A stretch of DNA of 64,000 nucleotides from the NCBI GenBank assembly GCA_951406725.2, contig OX597817.1:109120001-109184000 (forward strand), written 5' to 3'. Origin of the DNA: Octopus vulgaris (Eukaryota). The notes beneath the pieces are model-generated. The model had not been told where the DNA came from and searched no databases. It saw nothing but the letters and a program-made list of their open reading frames with translations. This document shows positions 38,915 through 54,090 of this stretch, one piece after another. Made by a program: the position numbers and the translations under genes. Within the stretch, counting starts at the first letter, position 1; every line of letters starts with the position of its first letter.

Positions 38915-39949
38915 CCTGGCGGTTAATATATATATATATATATATATATTATATTAACCTGGCGGTTGCCGTGTTTCATCTTCAGTCGGTTTCAAATACC
39001 ACCTAAACACAATGGTCCTTTTGTGATAATCGAGTGAACAATAAGTTGCTAGGTTCTGGTAACTTTTCTCGTTGGGTAAATCTGAGTGTCATGTTCAGGG
39101 CTGCATATTTGCAGTAGAGTAAGTAATACTATTAATAAAGATAAAGAGAAGTGCGATTTCGCACATCCATAATTTTTTTTAACAGTTATTTCCAACATCT
39201 TTAATGAACCTAAACGTGTTTAAATTGCAGCAACGGCACACTGTTGAATGTGCAACCTACAATCATGCTCAGTGCAGTTTCATCACGGTCCTTACCTTCT
39301 GTTGTTTCGAAGTAAATTGATTGAAGCGAAACAATCCTAAAATAGGTCAATTTTGGATTGAATATTTATGTAGATTTATCATTATAATTAAAAGTTTCAC
39401 TCATTTCAAAGAGAATATTCTTTGAGTAGAGGTATTCTATCATATTTGATATATCTTTTGTTCTTTGTTTCTCAATTGTTATTCTACTAAGATTTGCTGT
39501 TATATAAAATGGAATGTGTTTATCTAAATTGTTAAATGTAAATGTTTTTGTATGAAGGCATCTTAGAGCATGTTCTTGCCAATATTTCGCTTCACCTACC
39601 ACATTTAGTAGAGGTGATCCGTAGGTCATCATTCCTACAACTATTAATAGTGGCACCCATACCTGCTGCAAAATACTTTATTCATTTAATTTGTTGATTT
39701 CTTCAGTTTTACATCGAGACGGTAGAGGGGGACCCTAATGAAATTGCACCGACCATGATAGTAGGTTGAATATCCAACAGTGTGCCTTCACTGAAGTGGA
39801 AACACGTCTAGGTCCCGTAGAGATGCTGTAAATAACCGTAAAATAAAATTATGGATGTAAAAACTCACCCTTCTCCTTATCATTATTAAGAGTAGCAACG
39901 AATGAGAATCAGACTAAATGTGAATACTACATACATGCATGTAAGTATT

Positions 39950-40020
<71 letters not shown>

Positions 40021-40869
40021 GTATTTATATATTAAAGTAACAAACTTATAATGTTTAATTGTGATTTTTATATAGTTTAAAAACTTAACGTCCTCGCTCC
40101 TAAACATAGGCATTTGAATTATTTTTTTTACAATCCATAATAGAAAAAAGGGGATTGAAATTTAAAAGTTAATCTTTATTTATTGATAAATGGATCATTC
40201 TTACTTCCTACAGCTCTTTTGATTTGTACTCATTAAATAAATTACAGATTTATGGTTTAAATTTACATTTATAAGATATGAGGAAAATATCACCAGGGAA
40301 AAATATATACGTTGAAAGATTGCATGTTGACCTTTTAGTTCATACCAGCAGACTAAATATATGGAGTTATTTAATTTGTGTGTATACGTGAGGGTTAACT
40401 GATTAATTTGAATAGAATAAAAAATATAAAGTAAAATAAGGTAGAATAGAATAAAATAAAAATAAAAATACAATAAAAATAAAATAAATAAATAACAGTA
40501 GAACGAAAATAAAATATATATGTATAGATGTATATTCTATTCTACCTTTGGTAGTTCAACAAAATATGCCATCAGTAAGGAAAGTAAATGAAAACCGTAT
40601 AAATCAAGCCAACGTCATCACTGTATAAAAAATTTTACATTTCAGATCATTATGTATGTATAGTAATATATAAATATCGATATATTTAGTCTTAAATAGT
40701 CGTCGTCTGAAAACCTTCACTCATTGCTTCCTTTTTGTCTGTATACATACATACGTACATACATATATACATACATACATACATACATACATACATACAT
40801 ACATACATACATACATGTTTGCATATATACATATGTGTATACATACACATACATACATACATATATATA

Positions 40870-41665
40870 CACCTGGTCTGATCAATAAGTTTACAGCCTG
40901 TTGCTATAGTAACAAAGCAAAAGCAAGCAGAGTGAAGTTGCTGGCACAGATGGACCTTGAACTCTGTTGCGTATGTGCACTAAGTTTTAACATTCTAGCT
41001 CACTTCTGCTGTTTCCAGCATTGCTTAGAAGAAAGGTGTGTAGCGGGCGATCGTCGCATTGACCATGTCAGAGAAAGCTTGGCGATACCTGCTAAGAGTA
41101 CTATGCAAAGATTTCAAAAAGTTTTCATCGTTCTTGGTACAGTCAAGGAGACATTGTGCAACTGAAATCCGAGTGTCTTTCTTGTCAGCTGAAAGTACTT
41201 TTAGCACAAACTTGGCAGACACGCTTCGCATATCCAAGTCTTCAGTGATAATGGATGGAACTAATCTGCACATCCTCTGATAACACACAGATGGTTATTC
41301 GAGATTTCCTCTCACAGCTGCACGTACAACTGAGATGGTTTTTCTCAGTTCTGCTAGTTGCCGGTCTCCCAGAATGTTCGCCAATATCGAAATTTTTCGG
41401 CCATCTTGGAAACGCCTGAACTACTTGTACCCTTGTGAACAACTCATACACTCTCCTCCATACAATTTCTGGGACTTTGAGTCGACCACTGAGCATGTAT
41501 CGCCATGACAACTTTCTCTGGCATGGTCAGTGCGACGATCACAAGCTACACACGTTCCTTCCAAGCACTGCTGTACGCAATGGAAATGAGCCAGAACGTT
41601 AAAACTTAGTGCTCATGCACAACAGAGTTCAAGAACAATTCTTACCAAGCAGCTTTAATCTGCGT
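40870..41665 (-). mobile_element. Mariner-derived fold-back element (two 5' ends around a transposase N-terminal fragment)
   Basis: Transposase motifs EHSGRPATSRT and IITEDLDMRSVSAKFVLKVLS. Segment 40925-41095 is an inverted copy of 41490-41665. Confidence 0.8.
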
Positions 41666-41689
41666 GCGAGTTAGGTATATGTACGTATT

Positions 41690-41739
<50 letters not shown>

Positions 41740-41742
<3 letters not shown>

Positions 41743-42230
41743 AAGCACAATGGCCCAGTGGTTAGGGCAGCGGAATCGCGGTTTCGATTCCCAGACCGGG
41801 CATTGTGAGTGTTTATTGAGCGAAAACCCCTAAAGCTCCACGAGGCTCAGGCAGGGGGTGGTGGTGAACCCTGCTGTACTCTTTCACCACAACACTCTCT
41901 CACTCTTTCTTCCTGTTTCTGTTGTACCTGTATTTGAAAGGGCCAGCCTTGTCACACTCTGTGTCACGCTGAATCTCCTCGAGAACTACGTTAAGGTTAC
42001 ACGTGTCTGTGGAGTGCTCAGCCACTTGCACGTTAAATGAGCTGCGACGTCGATGGTGCCAAGCTGTATTAGCCTTTGCCTTTCCCTTGGATAACATCGG
42101 TGGCATGGAGAGGGGAGGCTGGTATGCGTGGGCGACTGCTGGTCTTCCATAAACAACCTTGCTCAGAATTGTACCTCGGATGGTAACTTTCTAGGTGCAA
42201 TTCCATGGTCATTCATGACCGAAGGAGGTC
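41740..42230 (+). mobile_element. tRNA-derived SINE (second family, long form)
   Basis: TGGCCCAGTGGTTAGGGCAGCGG...GGTTTCGATTCCCAGACCGGG head, followed by a GC-rich body. Confidence 0.85.
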
Positions 42231-42279
42231 ACAATCACAATATATATATATATATAAATACATGCGTACATACACCTAA

Positions 42280-42341
<62 letters not shown>

Positions 42342-43802
42342 TATATTGTTGGATGAGTTACGGTTAAACTCAACGGTACCCTTAATGCGGGAACAATCCA
42401 TCTTTTGCTAAGTTACTCATTATTCAAGAAAATTTCTATGTGACAAACTAGCTCGTTTAGAATATTGATGGTACGATGCTGCAACTATTAAATTGTTCAT
42501 GAACGTGCTAGAAATAGCTTGCAAATCACTCCGTATAGTCTGAGAAAGTGTAAGAACGTAATAGATGTTGTAGTCACGACTGGATTTCTTTTGATCATAT
42601 CTATTTTTAATGAAGAGTGCCCTCAGATTAACAATAACAGTGACTTTCTTTTATTATCAATGTTCTCCTCTTTCCTACCCGAGCCTTTGTAGTGTCGGTC
42701 CGTACATTTTATATTCCTATAGCTACCTTAATTTCTCTGTTGGTCTGGTATGCACTCTTCGTGTACATTTATGCATACACACACGCATACTCGCATGCGT
42801 ATATATGTGTGTACGCGAATGTATATGTGCGTGTGACAATGTGAGTGTGTTTGCATGTGTGTGTATGTGCACTTGTGTAGTATTTGTGCATTTAAATGTA
42901 TTTAATTTTGAAATGTTCTATATGTCGATATGTATGTTTTTGAGTTCGTATATCGAGGAATGCAATACAACTGAATCTATCCCATGAACGGAAGGAAATA
43001 TTTTCAATATTATATCTTCCGTATGTAAAATTGATAATTGTTCATTCTGGCAGTAATTAACCATACAATATATTAACCATGCGCTATATTAATACATCTA
43101 AGATCTATATAAAGAAAGAGATAGTTCAGAAATCCGGCTATGGTTAAAAATTATTGAGTCATAGTATGTAAAGGAATCAAGATCCGGGTTGAACATATTC
43201 TGATAAAAGAAAATGCTGGCGATGTTACCAGATTTTGGATTTGACAGTCTGGAGGAAGTTTTAAAATAGCTAGAATGACTATAATATACTATGTTATGGC
43301 GTGATGCTCGTTGATGCCACACCCTAGACCTAAATAGATAACAGGCGTTGAAAACATTCTCCAAAGCACTAATCTCAAACAACAAGTCGTGGTGAAAACT
43401 GGTAGAATCTTCAGGTCTGTAATGTATATACCATATGCAATTTGTAATAAGAATAAGATGTTTGCTACAAATAAATATATCTACTTTACAAACACTGAAA
43501 ATTGATACATGGCAAATGATGGTAATAAACATCGTGCCGATTATTGTAAAGACGATACTATATAGTTAAAGCGCTTGATGGTTATTGAAGTGGTTACCTC
43601 GAAAACAAAACTTCTGGATTTAATAAATCTGTCGACATATGCGTGTTCTAATGATACAAATAAAATTCATACAACGTAATTGTTTCAATTTTAAATAGTT
43701 ATCGAAACAAATACAACTCCGGGATTCTAGATTATTCAAGTTCCTTTAATTTATCTGACCAGATTTAGCTTTCAACAACAGATAAGATAGGAATCTGATA
43801 TA

Positions 43803-44700
43803 CGAGGGTTGGCTGAAAAGTTTATAAGCTGACCAAAATATTCTCATGGAATGTGACGAAATGAGGTTTATTTTTCAACATAGTCCCCCTTCCGGTCTAT
43901 ATGGAAGATTTAATCTTGTTGCTCAACACGTCATCAACAGTAGATATAACGTAATCATCACTGCGATACTGGTGTCCGGCCAAGTGCTATTTCGAGTTGG
44001 GGAATCGACAATATTCAGATGGGGCCGAGTCAGGAGAACAGGGAGGCTGAGCAACCAGTTAAAAGCTACATTCACGTACAGTAGCCATTGAAACCAAGGG
44101 CGTATGTCCTAATAAAAGAAGACTCCTTTAGTCAGTTTTCTTGGGCATTTGGGCTTGATAGCCTTTTGTAACTGCCTCAGCAAGTTGGTTAAGTACTCGT
44201 TATTGATGTAACCCTTTTGAAGATAGTCACTAAACACAATAGCTTTCGCATCTTAAAACACTAAGGTCATCACCAGATGAAAGGACCTTGTCCTTCTTTG
44301 TGAGCAAGTGAGGAGGAATATTTTCACTGCATAGATTTTATCTTGAAACCATCACTCATCCTGAGCTAGGAAAAGTTTAAAAAACTAGCTGGATCTGCCT
44401 GAAACCATGTCAGATTTTTCAGTGATGCAATCAATCTGGTGCACTTTTGATCAAATGTTAGAAGACGTGGGACACACCAAGCACAACCCTTCGTCATAGC
44501 TTTGGCTATTTGTTTTAAAGTGAACTGTCTGTCATCCATCACAATGTTGTGAACACAATCAATGTTGCAGGACGTCCAAACCTTAGATTATCATCAAATC
44601 TCTTCCTTCCCCTCCTAAATTCAGTTACACGCTTGTGCACTGTTGATAAAGCTGATGCGTCATCTCATAATGTAGCAACCATGTTAGTATAAATGTTACT
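43803..44700 (-). mobile_element. Degenerate mariner-like element (one recognisable TIR)
   Basis: TA|CGAGGGTTGGCTGAAAAGT terminus. On the minus strand a PDSAPSEY-like remnant of the YSPDLAPSDY motif lies at ~44010-44035. The other end is unclear. Confidence 0.55.
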
Positions 44701-45092
44701 GGGGGGTCTAAACACTTTTTCGGCAGTTAGTACTGGAAAGGTGTGACTCAAGTAGAATTGTTATGGGAAGAGAGCAAAAATGTTTAGATGAATTTTATAG
44801 TTTCACTTGTAATCATCTCTGAACAAAGAAAATTAATGAGTAAGCCAGCGCGTAAGAAAGTGGGTGTTTATATGTGCATATGTCTGAGTACATTTTGTGT
44901 GAAAGTTCATGTATGTTGATGTGTGCGCGCATGTGTATATTTTCGGTGTATGAGTTCATTAAATATTTATGTGATCATCATTGTGTATACTGCTTGTGTA
45001 TTCAGCAATAATCTCTAACTTGTTTCATCTCCGAGCAAATTGCCATCCAAACACATTAAAAAGAAAATAGCTATTCTTTATAAGCGTATTTA

Positions 45093-46352
45093 TTAGGCTG
45101 GAATGGAAGTCCTATTGTATTTCAAGATGGGAAAGAAACAAATGTTTCTTAGGTCTTAATTAACAGATTTAATCCAGATAATAATTTCCCTCATTATTGA
45201 TAGCATAACCCCATCTATGTGACAAATAGTTGATTCCTTGGGCGCCAAATAGTTTAGGTTTAGAAGCAAAGAAACAGTCCGAAAATTATTGATCCATCGG
45301 GCGTAAAATTTCTTCAGATTTTTAAGCAAAGATATACTCAATATCATTTTTAACCGCTTCAAATTTTTACAAACTGTTTTCTCTATAAATAATGTTTCAA
45401 TGATCTGAAAAAATTATTGTTAGCTGAAATAAGATTGCGAAAGTAAGGACGATGAGGCAAAACTTCCATAATAATTTCGCAAGTGACATGGGTAATATAT
45501 GTTTTTTCATCATTGTGTAGGAGCAACATCATTTTGAGATTGATGATCCATAGGCGCTTTGTCTTCAAACATTTTCTGCAATGGCTCCAATTAACGACAA
45601 TACTTCTCTGCATTAACTGTTTTGGTTTGACAATTTATGATATACAAGGCCCTTCATATCCTACCAAACACAGATCATAACTCCTGGTTGCAGAACAGAT
45701 TCTTCTTTTTCATTGGAGCTAACCAATGTCGTTTTCGTTGGATATGATTAAAGAGAACCCACCTTCCATCGCCTAGGATGATTCTATTTAGAAATGTTTC
45801 AGCAGCAAGTCTACTCATCAATGACAAGTAGAGAGTAATTCTTTGATTAAGCTAAGAAGCAGTCACATTTTGAAGAACTCATTGACCAAGTTCAGATAAT
45901 TTTACTAGTTCATGAAGCTCTTTTATGATCGAAATGACACTTGAATAGAACTGTTTTGATAATTTTTGTGCCCGTTCCTTTGAGTTTTCTTTAGAAACAG
46001 TTTACAAAAGTCTCAATATTGAAAACTCGGCCGTCTAAGTCGTGGTGAATCTGTGGGAGAAGAAGTTCCCGAACGAAACTTACCAAAACATCGTTGGTAT
46101 GTCAGGATACGTAGAGCCAATTTTAAATTCATACAGCATGCAATATTGGATATGGATTTCATCGGATATGAATTTCATACTCATTTTCAAAGGGTAAAGT
46201 TTATACGAATTTAGCGATTTTGGTATGAAATAATCTCTCTAGAAAGAAAAGTAAACATAAGAATAACAAAAATTATCTATTCTACTTTAGGGAATGAAAA
46301 ATGTACTCCCAAAGTCATCGTATCAGAGATATAACAATGCTTTCCAACCTAA
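45093..46352 (-). mobile_element. Full-length degenerate mariner transposon (1260 bp)
   Basis: TIRs TA|TTAGGCTGGAA and TTCCAACCTAA|TA. Transposase remnants include EIHIQYCMLYEFKIG and LLLHNDEK...EVLPHRPYFRNLISANNNFFRSL. Confidence 0.85.
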
Positions 46353-46429
46353 TATGAGCACACGTGAACGTGCGTGCACCCACTCACCCACACGCGAATA
46401 CCAATACAAACATATACTATTACACGCAC

Positions 46430-46496
<67 letters not shown>

Positions 46497-46981
46497 TGTG
46501 TGTGTGTATGTGTATGTATATATATATACATATATATATATATATCAACATAAGCAATAGGATATCAAGTAGTAATGCAGTGCGACCGTTTGCAGAGATT
46601 CTATTTAATTGAATAATGTAATCATTGCTTCAATATAAATGCAGTGCTATCTTCAGCTGCACAAAAAATATATGGATACATTAATATAATTTTTCTTAAA
46701 TATTTTAACAAAGTAAGAAGATGGAAGAAATTCATGTTGTCGCAAAAGTGGGTAAAAATAACATGACAATTTCTTAGAATAGCATGGGGCATAGTAGGAT
46801 CAAAGGGTTGTAATTCATTTCCAATTTATTTATCTCTTTGTCATCTACTAAAATCTGAGATTAGAAGATTGTGTGTATTTAGAATAAAGAAGAAGAATAA
46901 GTTGGCAGCTCATGGATGGCTGTTGGTCATAAATATCCTTACATAAACACTTTCAAACGGGTATGCATATACATATGTATT

Positions 46982-47021
<40 letters not shown>

Positions 47022-49769
47022 TATACACATACAAATACATATGTATATGCATACACATGTTTTGAGTGCTAACGATTTTGGCAGGCTGCCAGCTTCTATA
47101 TCAGTATATTATTGTTTTATTATTGACGAATCCCTAAACGTATATATGTATGTATCATTGACAAATCTCGAAGTATATATATGTATGTAGGTATATACGC
47201 ATAAATATTGGTAGGAACGTATTGCCCCATTTTTGGAATCTTTAGCAAACAACACCCTAGATCAGTTGTAGTCCGTACAGGAGGCTTCCATGATATTTCT
47301 GCTTACTAAAATCTACTCACATTGTCGGTTCGACCAAGTCGCAGAGGTAGAATTCTACTATTTTACATACAAGTTCACCATTTCATAAAATGATATTCTG
47401 TTCGGTCACGCAACTCTTTTACCCTGAAGTATCAATCGTTATAAGTATAATATATTAAAATTGGACGCATGTAAAACAATTGTCGAAATCGTATGAATAA
47501 CTACATATTCACGAATTGTCTATGAATCATGAGTATCAGAATTTCATATGTCCTCTACAACTACCCATCACTCCAACACCACTTTGGTAATCATTTATCA
47601 TTTTCATGTTTTTTATTCCATTTTTCACAGCAATAATAATCAATTTCTATCCTTTGTATTCGGAAAGAAATGTTTACCCTTACATAATATATAAACAGCC
47701 TGTTATATCAATTTTCCATCCATTTATATAATTAGGCTATTTACTTATCTCCTTCACTTCTTTTTTCCTTCACTTATTCACTCTCTCTCTCTCTCCTACT
47801 TCGTCACTCACAATCTCTCAAATATGACATTTTTATAGCAATATTCCGTCATTCCATTATTGAAATATAAACGTCTGACAAAATATCATGTCATCAATAG
47901 TATTTACTATATATCAGGGGGCATAATTCTTTACACGTTTTCCTACTTTGATCCTAATAGCCATTTGGCCATTGAGTAAGGAATTATTTCTCCGATAGAA
48001 GAAGTGTCACATCAAATACTACCATCTACTTTTGTATTTCCTATAATTTAGATTCAACTAAGTAATAACTCATACTATTACGTTATATGACAATATATGT
48101 ATTTCTTTGATATTGTAAGGTATCAAAACTATTAGTTTCGACGAGCAAGATGATTCTCTAATGCTTCTATAGGATTTCTAGGGAAGAATACACTTATTTG
48201 GTTTGTCATTGCTTTTACCAGAAGCCTACAAATGTTCCATAAAAATCTCATGTCCATTTTCTATACGTTGATACATTTGGTTTCGAGAAGATAGGAATTC
48301 ATATTACTTGACTATCTTACTTAAATGAAAGAGAGAGTTCATATGCACTCACAAATCACAAAATGATCGAAATTATGATTTTAAGATGAAGATTAAGAAA
48401 AAAATAGGGTACACAGTTGAACATCAAATACCACCAAATCTCTATTTCGTTTTTATTTTAGCATATTATATATCTGAAAACGAAATAAAATTTACCCCTT
48501 TACTATTTATTTCACGAATATTTCTTTACAAATTATATGATGCTACTTGGTTTAATAAATTCATAACATCCTATCAAGATGAAAGAATATTTCAGAAAAT
48601 GTTAGATAAATGAAAGATGAATATGAGAGATAATAATTTTTATATTCACTATGATATTAGAATTTAATTTTGACATTAGTCCTTGAACGAAGATCAAAAT
48701 ATTGTCAGTATGTTGCTTAAATACAGAAATAAGTTTAGTAAAATTTTTGAGTATAATTATTTATATTTAACTTCATTAACATCTGTTTGTTCTTTAATTT
48801 CAATCGGCCACCGCTCAAGAATTTGTTAATAAATTGCGAATTCTTTTGGTAGTGGTTGGTTTTTCCACATTCTCGCAAACATTTTCTGAAGAATTTTGAA
48901 ATACATCAACAGATCGATATCAAATGGCTGAAAGGAGCCATTGCTCATGTATTGTGGGAGCAATACATGACTGACAAGATTCAACACTAAAGCATTAGGA
49001 ATAAACTGGTTAACACTCAATAGAGTAACATAGAACGTATTAAAATATCAGCCTGTAAAATAACGTGTTACGACCACGAAAAGTGTTTATTGCAATGCTA
49101 TTTGTCATGCCATAAATGTATATTCCTCTCATTTTAAAGTGAAGTCTTGATAACATATCCGTTGTTATCGCTACTAACTTCTATTATGTGCATAAAATGA
49201 AGACGTTGAGCTCGCACAATATTTAGAGCGTTGGATGAAATGTGTAGCTGCATTTCTTCTGACATTTTACTTTCTGATTTCAAATTGTACCAAGGTTAAC
49301 TTTGCTTCTTTCTTCTTTTGGTGTCGATAACATAAAGTGTCATTCAAGCAGTATGGTCGATGTAATCGACTAATCCTTTCCCGCTCAAACTGCTGGCGTT
49401 GTGACAAGATTTCACCTATGTGAAAATAAAAAAAGATTCAGTTAAATGGCAAAATATGTGAGTTGTTCATTATATTTTCTAAGGCATTTTTATATATAAA
49501 CATTATCAAATACCTAGATCTATCCTACGTTTTCAGTTGGTTTTTTATCTCCGGCATCATTGACTTTGTGAATAATAACGTTAATAGCTTTGTCTTAAAA
49601 ACAAACGATCTTCATTCGAATTCAGGATTGTGCTAAATTACGTTTATTGAATATCAAAACAAGAGCGTAAAACGCGGGTTAGATAGGAATATTTAAGAAA
49701 AATATCTTTTCTTAAAATTTATGATTAGAGAAGCATATTTATTGAAATAATTATTCATCTCCAATTACC

Positions 49770-49985
49770 TTTCTACTATAGACACAAGGCCTGAAATTTC
49801 GGGACAGGGAGCTAGTCGAGTACATCGACCCAATGTTCAACTGGTACTTATTTTATCGATTCCAAAAGGATGAAAGGCAAAATTGAACTCGACCAAATTT
49901 GAACTCAGAATGTAAAAGCTGACTAAATGCCGCCGAGCACTTTGTTCTGCGTGCTTACGATTTTAGCAGGTTGCTATCTTATATG
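49770..49985 (-). mobile_element. Major SINE family copy; other copies at 49200-49415 (+) and 50277-50530 (+)
   Basis: ACAAGGCCTGAAATTT...ACTGGTACTTATTTTATCGA...GGATGAAAGGCAAA...TTTGAACTCAGAA. Confidence 0.8.
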
Positions 49986-51779
49986 TCAGTATTCAAATGT
50001 GTTATCATTGACAAATCTCTGAACGTGTTAAGATAATTTTATTATAAAGATCTCCATCTGCCAGTCATTTACTGTTTCAAGCAAATCCAAGGCTAAAAGA
50101 TCATATCATACTACGTATGCTAAGTTAAACTAAATTTCAATCAATACCCTTGTTATCATTCAACGAAATATTATTGATTGATATAATTCGAAATATTATT
50201 GACCGATATAATCCCTCCTATATTTTCCATTGACATTAACCGATATCAACTGACCAATATCAAATGACATATTAGTATCAATGGCAGTGTTATTTTGGTA
50301 TTTCTTGAAGAAAAATAAGGCGGCGAGCTGGCAGCATAGTTAGCGCAAGGAAAAATGCTTAGTGCCGTTTCGTACATCTTTATGGTTTGAGTTCAAATTC
50401 TGCTCAGGTTGACTTTGCTTTTAACATTTCAGAGTCCGTAAAATAAATTCTAGTTGAGCACTAGGGTTAATGTAATCGATTTATCCCTCCACTCGAATTT
50501 CAGGTCTTGTACCAAAATCTGAAATCGATACTATTTTATGAAAAACAAAGTAAGACAATGTAATGTGGAAAAATCTTAATGATATAGACATCTAATGTGT
50601 TACGAGCTATCAACAACAGATAATAGGCTGGGTCTCTTAGCAATGATATTGAATGGTTTAGAACTACCTTAGGTGTTTGAGTTCAATGCCCATCAAATAC
50701 ATCACAGTAAACATAATTTTAAATTACTTCAATTCATTACATGCTAAAATCGCGTTAAAATTGTTTTTATACTGCTTTAAATTCACCTCGATTTTAGGAT
50801 ATAAAATTAGCAAAAAATAATACGTATTCTAACCTTTTCATGGGACAATTGAGTGCCACACGTAATAATATTAAATAACCATTGGTAACAGAATCATAGG
50901 GTTGAAGCATATGCAGTGTTATTATGACATGTGACATGTTTCTTTTATCCATGGAGAACTGCCAAAATCACGATTATCAAAATCGGTGATCCGATATATT
51001 TGCGATCGTTTTATTTCAATAAAGTTAAATAATTTCAGGCGTGGCAAAGGAGCCACAAATCTAGGTCCGCATTTATAAAACAAATCAGCTTACCAAAAGG
51101 CTACAGTACGGATCTCCAGTTGAAATACAAGGATCTCTACAGAAACAGATATCCCTCACAATTTTATGCTTAAAATTTATGCTACAAGTACATTGATCGC
51201 TCATCTTACACCTGTATATTCTATTTATTTCAAACGAAAATCAAACAACCTTTATCTATACCAAAGTATTAATTTTACTTCTTCAAATTTTATGAATACA
51301 GTTTTATACATCTTGATTACAGAATGCGCTAAATAACTTCTAATATAAAGCCGTTTACATGCCATGGTGATAGCTATTTTAGGTTAAGTTATTATTGTAT
51401 TAGTAATATACTCCAGAAACGATTCTATTGGTGTGTAAGGAAGATAAACACACTTCCACATTTCAACCGACACATTATACAGTAGAATGCTGCCAATTGT
51501 TATTGTTATATTCCCGAAACAATAATAAAATGTATGGTTATCAACATTCTGTACATTAGAAATGTGAATACCTCACCCTTTCCAAAAGATTATCTAATCT
51601 TTTCCAAGTATGCAAGAAATTCTTTTGGAATTGTGTTTGAAATAGCACTATCAAAAACAATTGTGTCTTTCAAAACCATGCAGTGATTATGGGAAAACAG
51701 AAATGTTTACTCTTAAATGTATTCAATCAAGGCAAATGGTACAGCTACATCTTTTTGCCCTGTTTCTTTTGATAATATA

Positions 51780-52178
51780 TTCTTTTCTACTCTAGGCACA
51801 ATGTCCGTAATTTGGGGGTAAGGGGCCAGTCGCTTAGATCGACTCCAGTACGCAACTGGCACTTAATTTATCAACCGCGAAATGATGAAAGGCAAAGTCG
51901 ACCTCGGCGGAATTTGAACTAAGAACGTAGCGGCAGACGAAATACCTATTTCTTTACTACCCACAAGGGGCTAAACACAGAGAGGACAAACAAGGGCAGA
52001 CAAAGAGATTAAGTCGATTATATCGACCCCAGTGCGTAACTGGTACTTATTTAATCGACCCCGAAAGGATTAAAGGCAAAGTCGACCTCGGCGGAATTTG
52101 AACTCAGAGCGTAACAGCAAACGAAATACTGCTAAGCATTTCGCCCGGCGTGCTAACGTTTCTGCCAGTTCGCCGTTT
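51780..52178 (-). mobile_element. Dimeric or composite SINE of the major family
   Basis: The block AAAGGCAAAGTCGACCTCGGCGGAATTTGAACT occurs twice (~51890 and ~52075), separated by a distinct linker. Confidence 0.85.
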
Positions 52179-54090
52179 TGACTTCGTAAATATATTAAGC
52201 AATAATAAATAAGTGTATGGCAGCAAGGGATAAATAAGTGTATGGCAACAAGGGTAAATTCAATTCTCCGCAAAGTGAGACCGCAAATCAGATTCCACTG
52301 ACATCAAAAGCAATTGCATTTATATCTGTTATGTCTTTCGGCAAGTTACACATGTTCCATCTCATTTTCTCTCTATTAAAGCGTATGCAGTTTAATGTTT
52401 CAAGAAAGAATATAAATGATTATTTTCGTTAATTTGTTGAGGCAAATTTTCGATTTGTTGGTCATCTGTGTATGCTTAGCCAATTCATTATGCCAATGAT
52501 TTCTTCTCCGGTCAGTAAGCTAAAAAGGAATTTCAATTCTCCCGTGGCACACAACATGATGACAAAATTGGCACATAAACAATAATGTTAACATTTTATG
52601 GTTTGATAACAACACAGAGACTTGATCTAAGGAATTTTAAATTCTTCCAAACATTTGGTTCTCATTAAAGTGTTCTCTGGCTTATCCGAATGACCTAAAA
52701 AGTTTATTAATATTATGCTATTAATGGTTGTCGGATAGCAGAAACAATGGAACGATGGTTTAAATATTTTTTTTTACTATCTAGGTTACTCATCTTTGTT
52801 CTGTATTCAAATACTGACCATGACCAACTTTACTGAATACTAGTAATATATTGAGGTACCATCTCTCAACTATTCCCCCTTTGTAATTGAGTTTAGTCAT
52901 TAGCATGTTATGATTCTGTAAGATAGTGTGAGTTCTAAGATAATGTTAAGATACAGGAGGGCATAGAATAGGATTTTGTTTTTATTCACATTTTGTGTCA
53001 ATTTATTGAATGCTTGGCTATTAAGTCCAGAAGAACAATAATGTGTCAACAGATATTTTCTCTTCCCGACGTTAGTAGAGCTAGTTATTAATTATTTGAA
53101 TTTTTTTCCGGACAGAAAATATCATACAATCAATCCTATTTATGTAACTAGCGCATCGGATAAATAAATAATTAGCCTTTTAAAGACCATATACTTTTTT
53201 TCCCAATTTTCCAAGTTCTAAATTCTGAATTGGGGTACCATTGTTACTGCATCAATGTTTCAGATATATTATTTGATAATACTGCAGCTTTGAAAAGAAG
53301 ACAATGGGGAAAAAAACGACAGAACAAAATAAAATACAAACAGCTATTTTCTCTTCGCTGTTACTGAAGCCACATTATAACATTGTGTGTGTTTGGTAAA
53401 ACTATCATGTTAAAAAAAACGTATCTTGAGATTTTAATATGATTATTATGAGCATTTCCATATTTTGACTAATATGATGTCAGGATATTGCAGTAAAATT
53501 CCGACAATACCCTCCGGCAGTGAATCTTTAGTAACATTAATAGTTTCGCACTATCCACACATTTTCAGTTATGTAGCATATTGTAAACATTGATTGGCAG
53601 GCTAGATATGATCAGTGTTTGGCATGAATCCAATATCAAATATCAATAAAATAAGTATACACTGGTGTGAAGATAACAAAAATACACACTAACATTTCGG
53701 CGATTCCTTTCTACGTTGAGGGATCGAATCTATAACATTTACCTTTCGTAATAGCTCCATAGTAACACACATCATTTTGTTTATGAACGAGTATATGCAT
53801 TGCTATGAAACCTGTGGTATATTAAGAACAACGTAGAATTGTTTAATTGTTACCATAGTAATAGGGTTTTAAATTGTATCACAGGCACACTCTTCTATAA
53901 AGAAGCAAGAGATCTCGATACATACGCAGGCTACACATTTTATTTATTATGGTCATAGCCCATTTTCAGCTTTCGCAAGTGTGTGTATGAATATATATAT
54001 ATATATGTATAAATGTGTGTTTATGTGTGTGTTGAGTGTGTATAAATATACAGGTATGTATAAACATACATATATACAGACATATATCTA

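Noticed and set aside
39297-39671. Candidate 41-nt minus-strand micro-exon and the 101-aa ORF at 39366-39671
   Set aside because: The polypyrimidine tracts are weak, there is no recognisable protein similarity, and no consistent exon chain could be built.
48826-49052. Minus-strand acceptor (TTTTACAG) followed by GC-TGA and a 73-codon open frame, as a possible terminal or Sec-containing exon
   Set aside because: No recognisable homology, no SECIS and no partner exon were found. It is compatible with chance.
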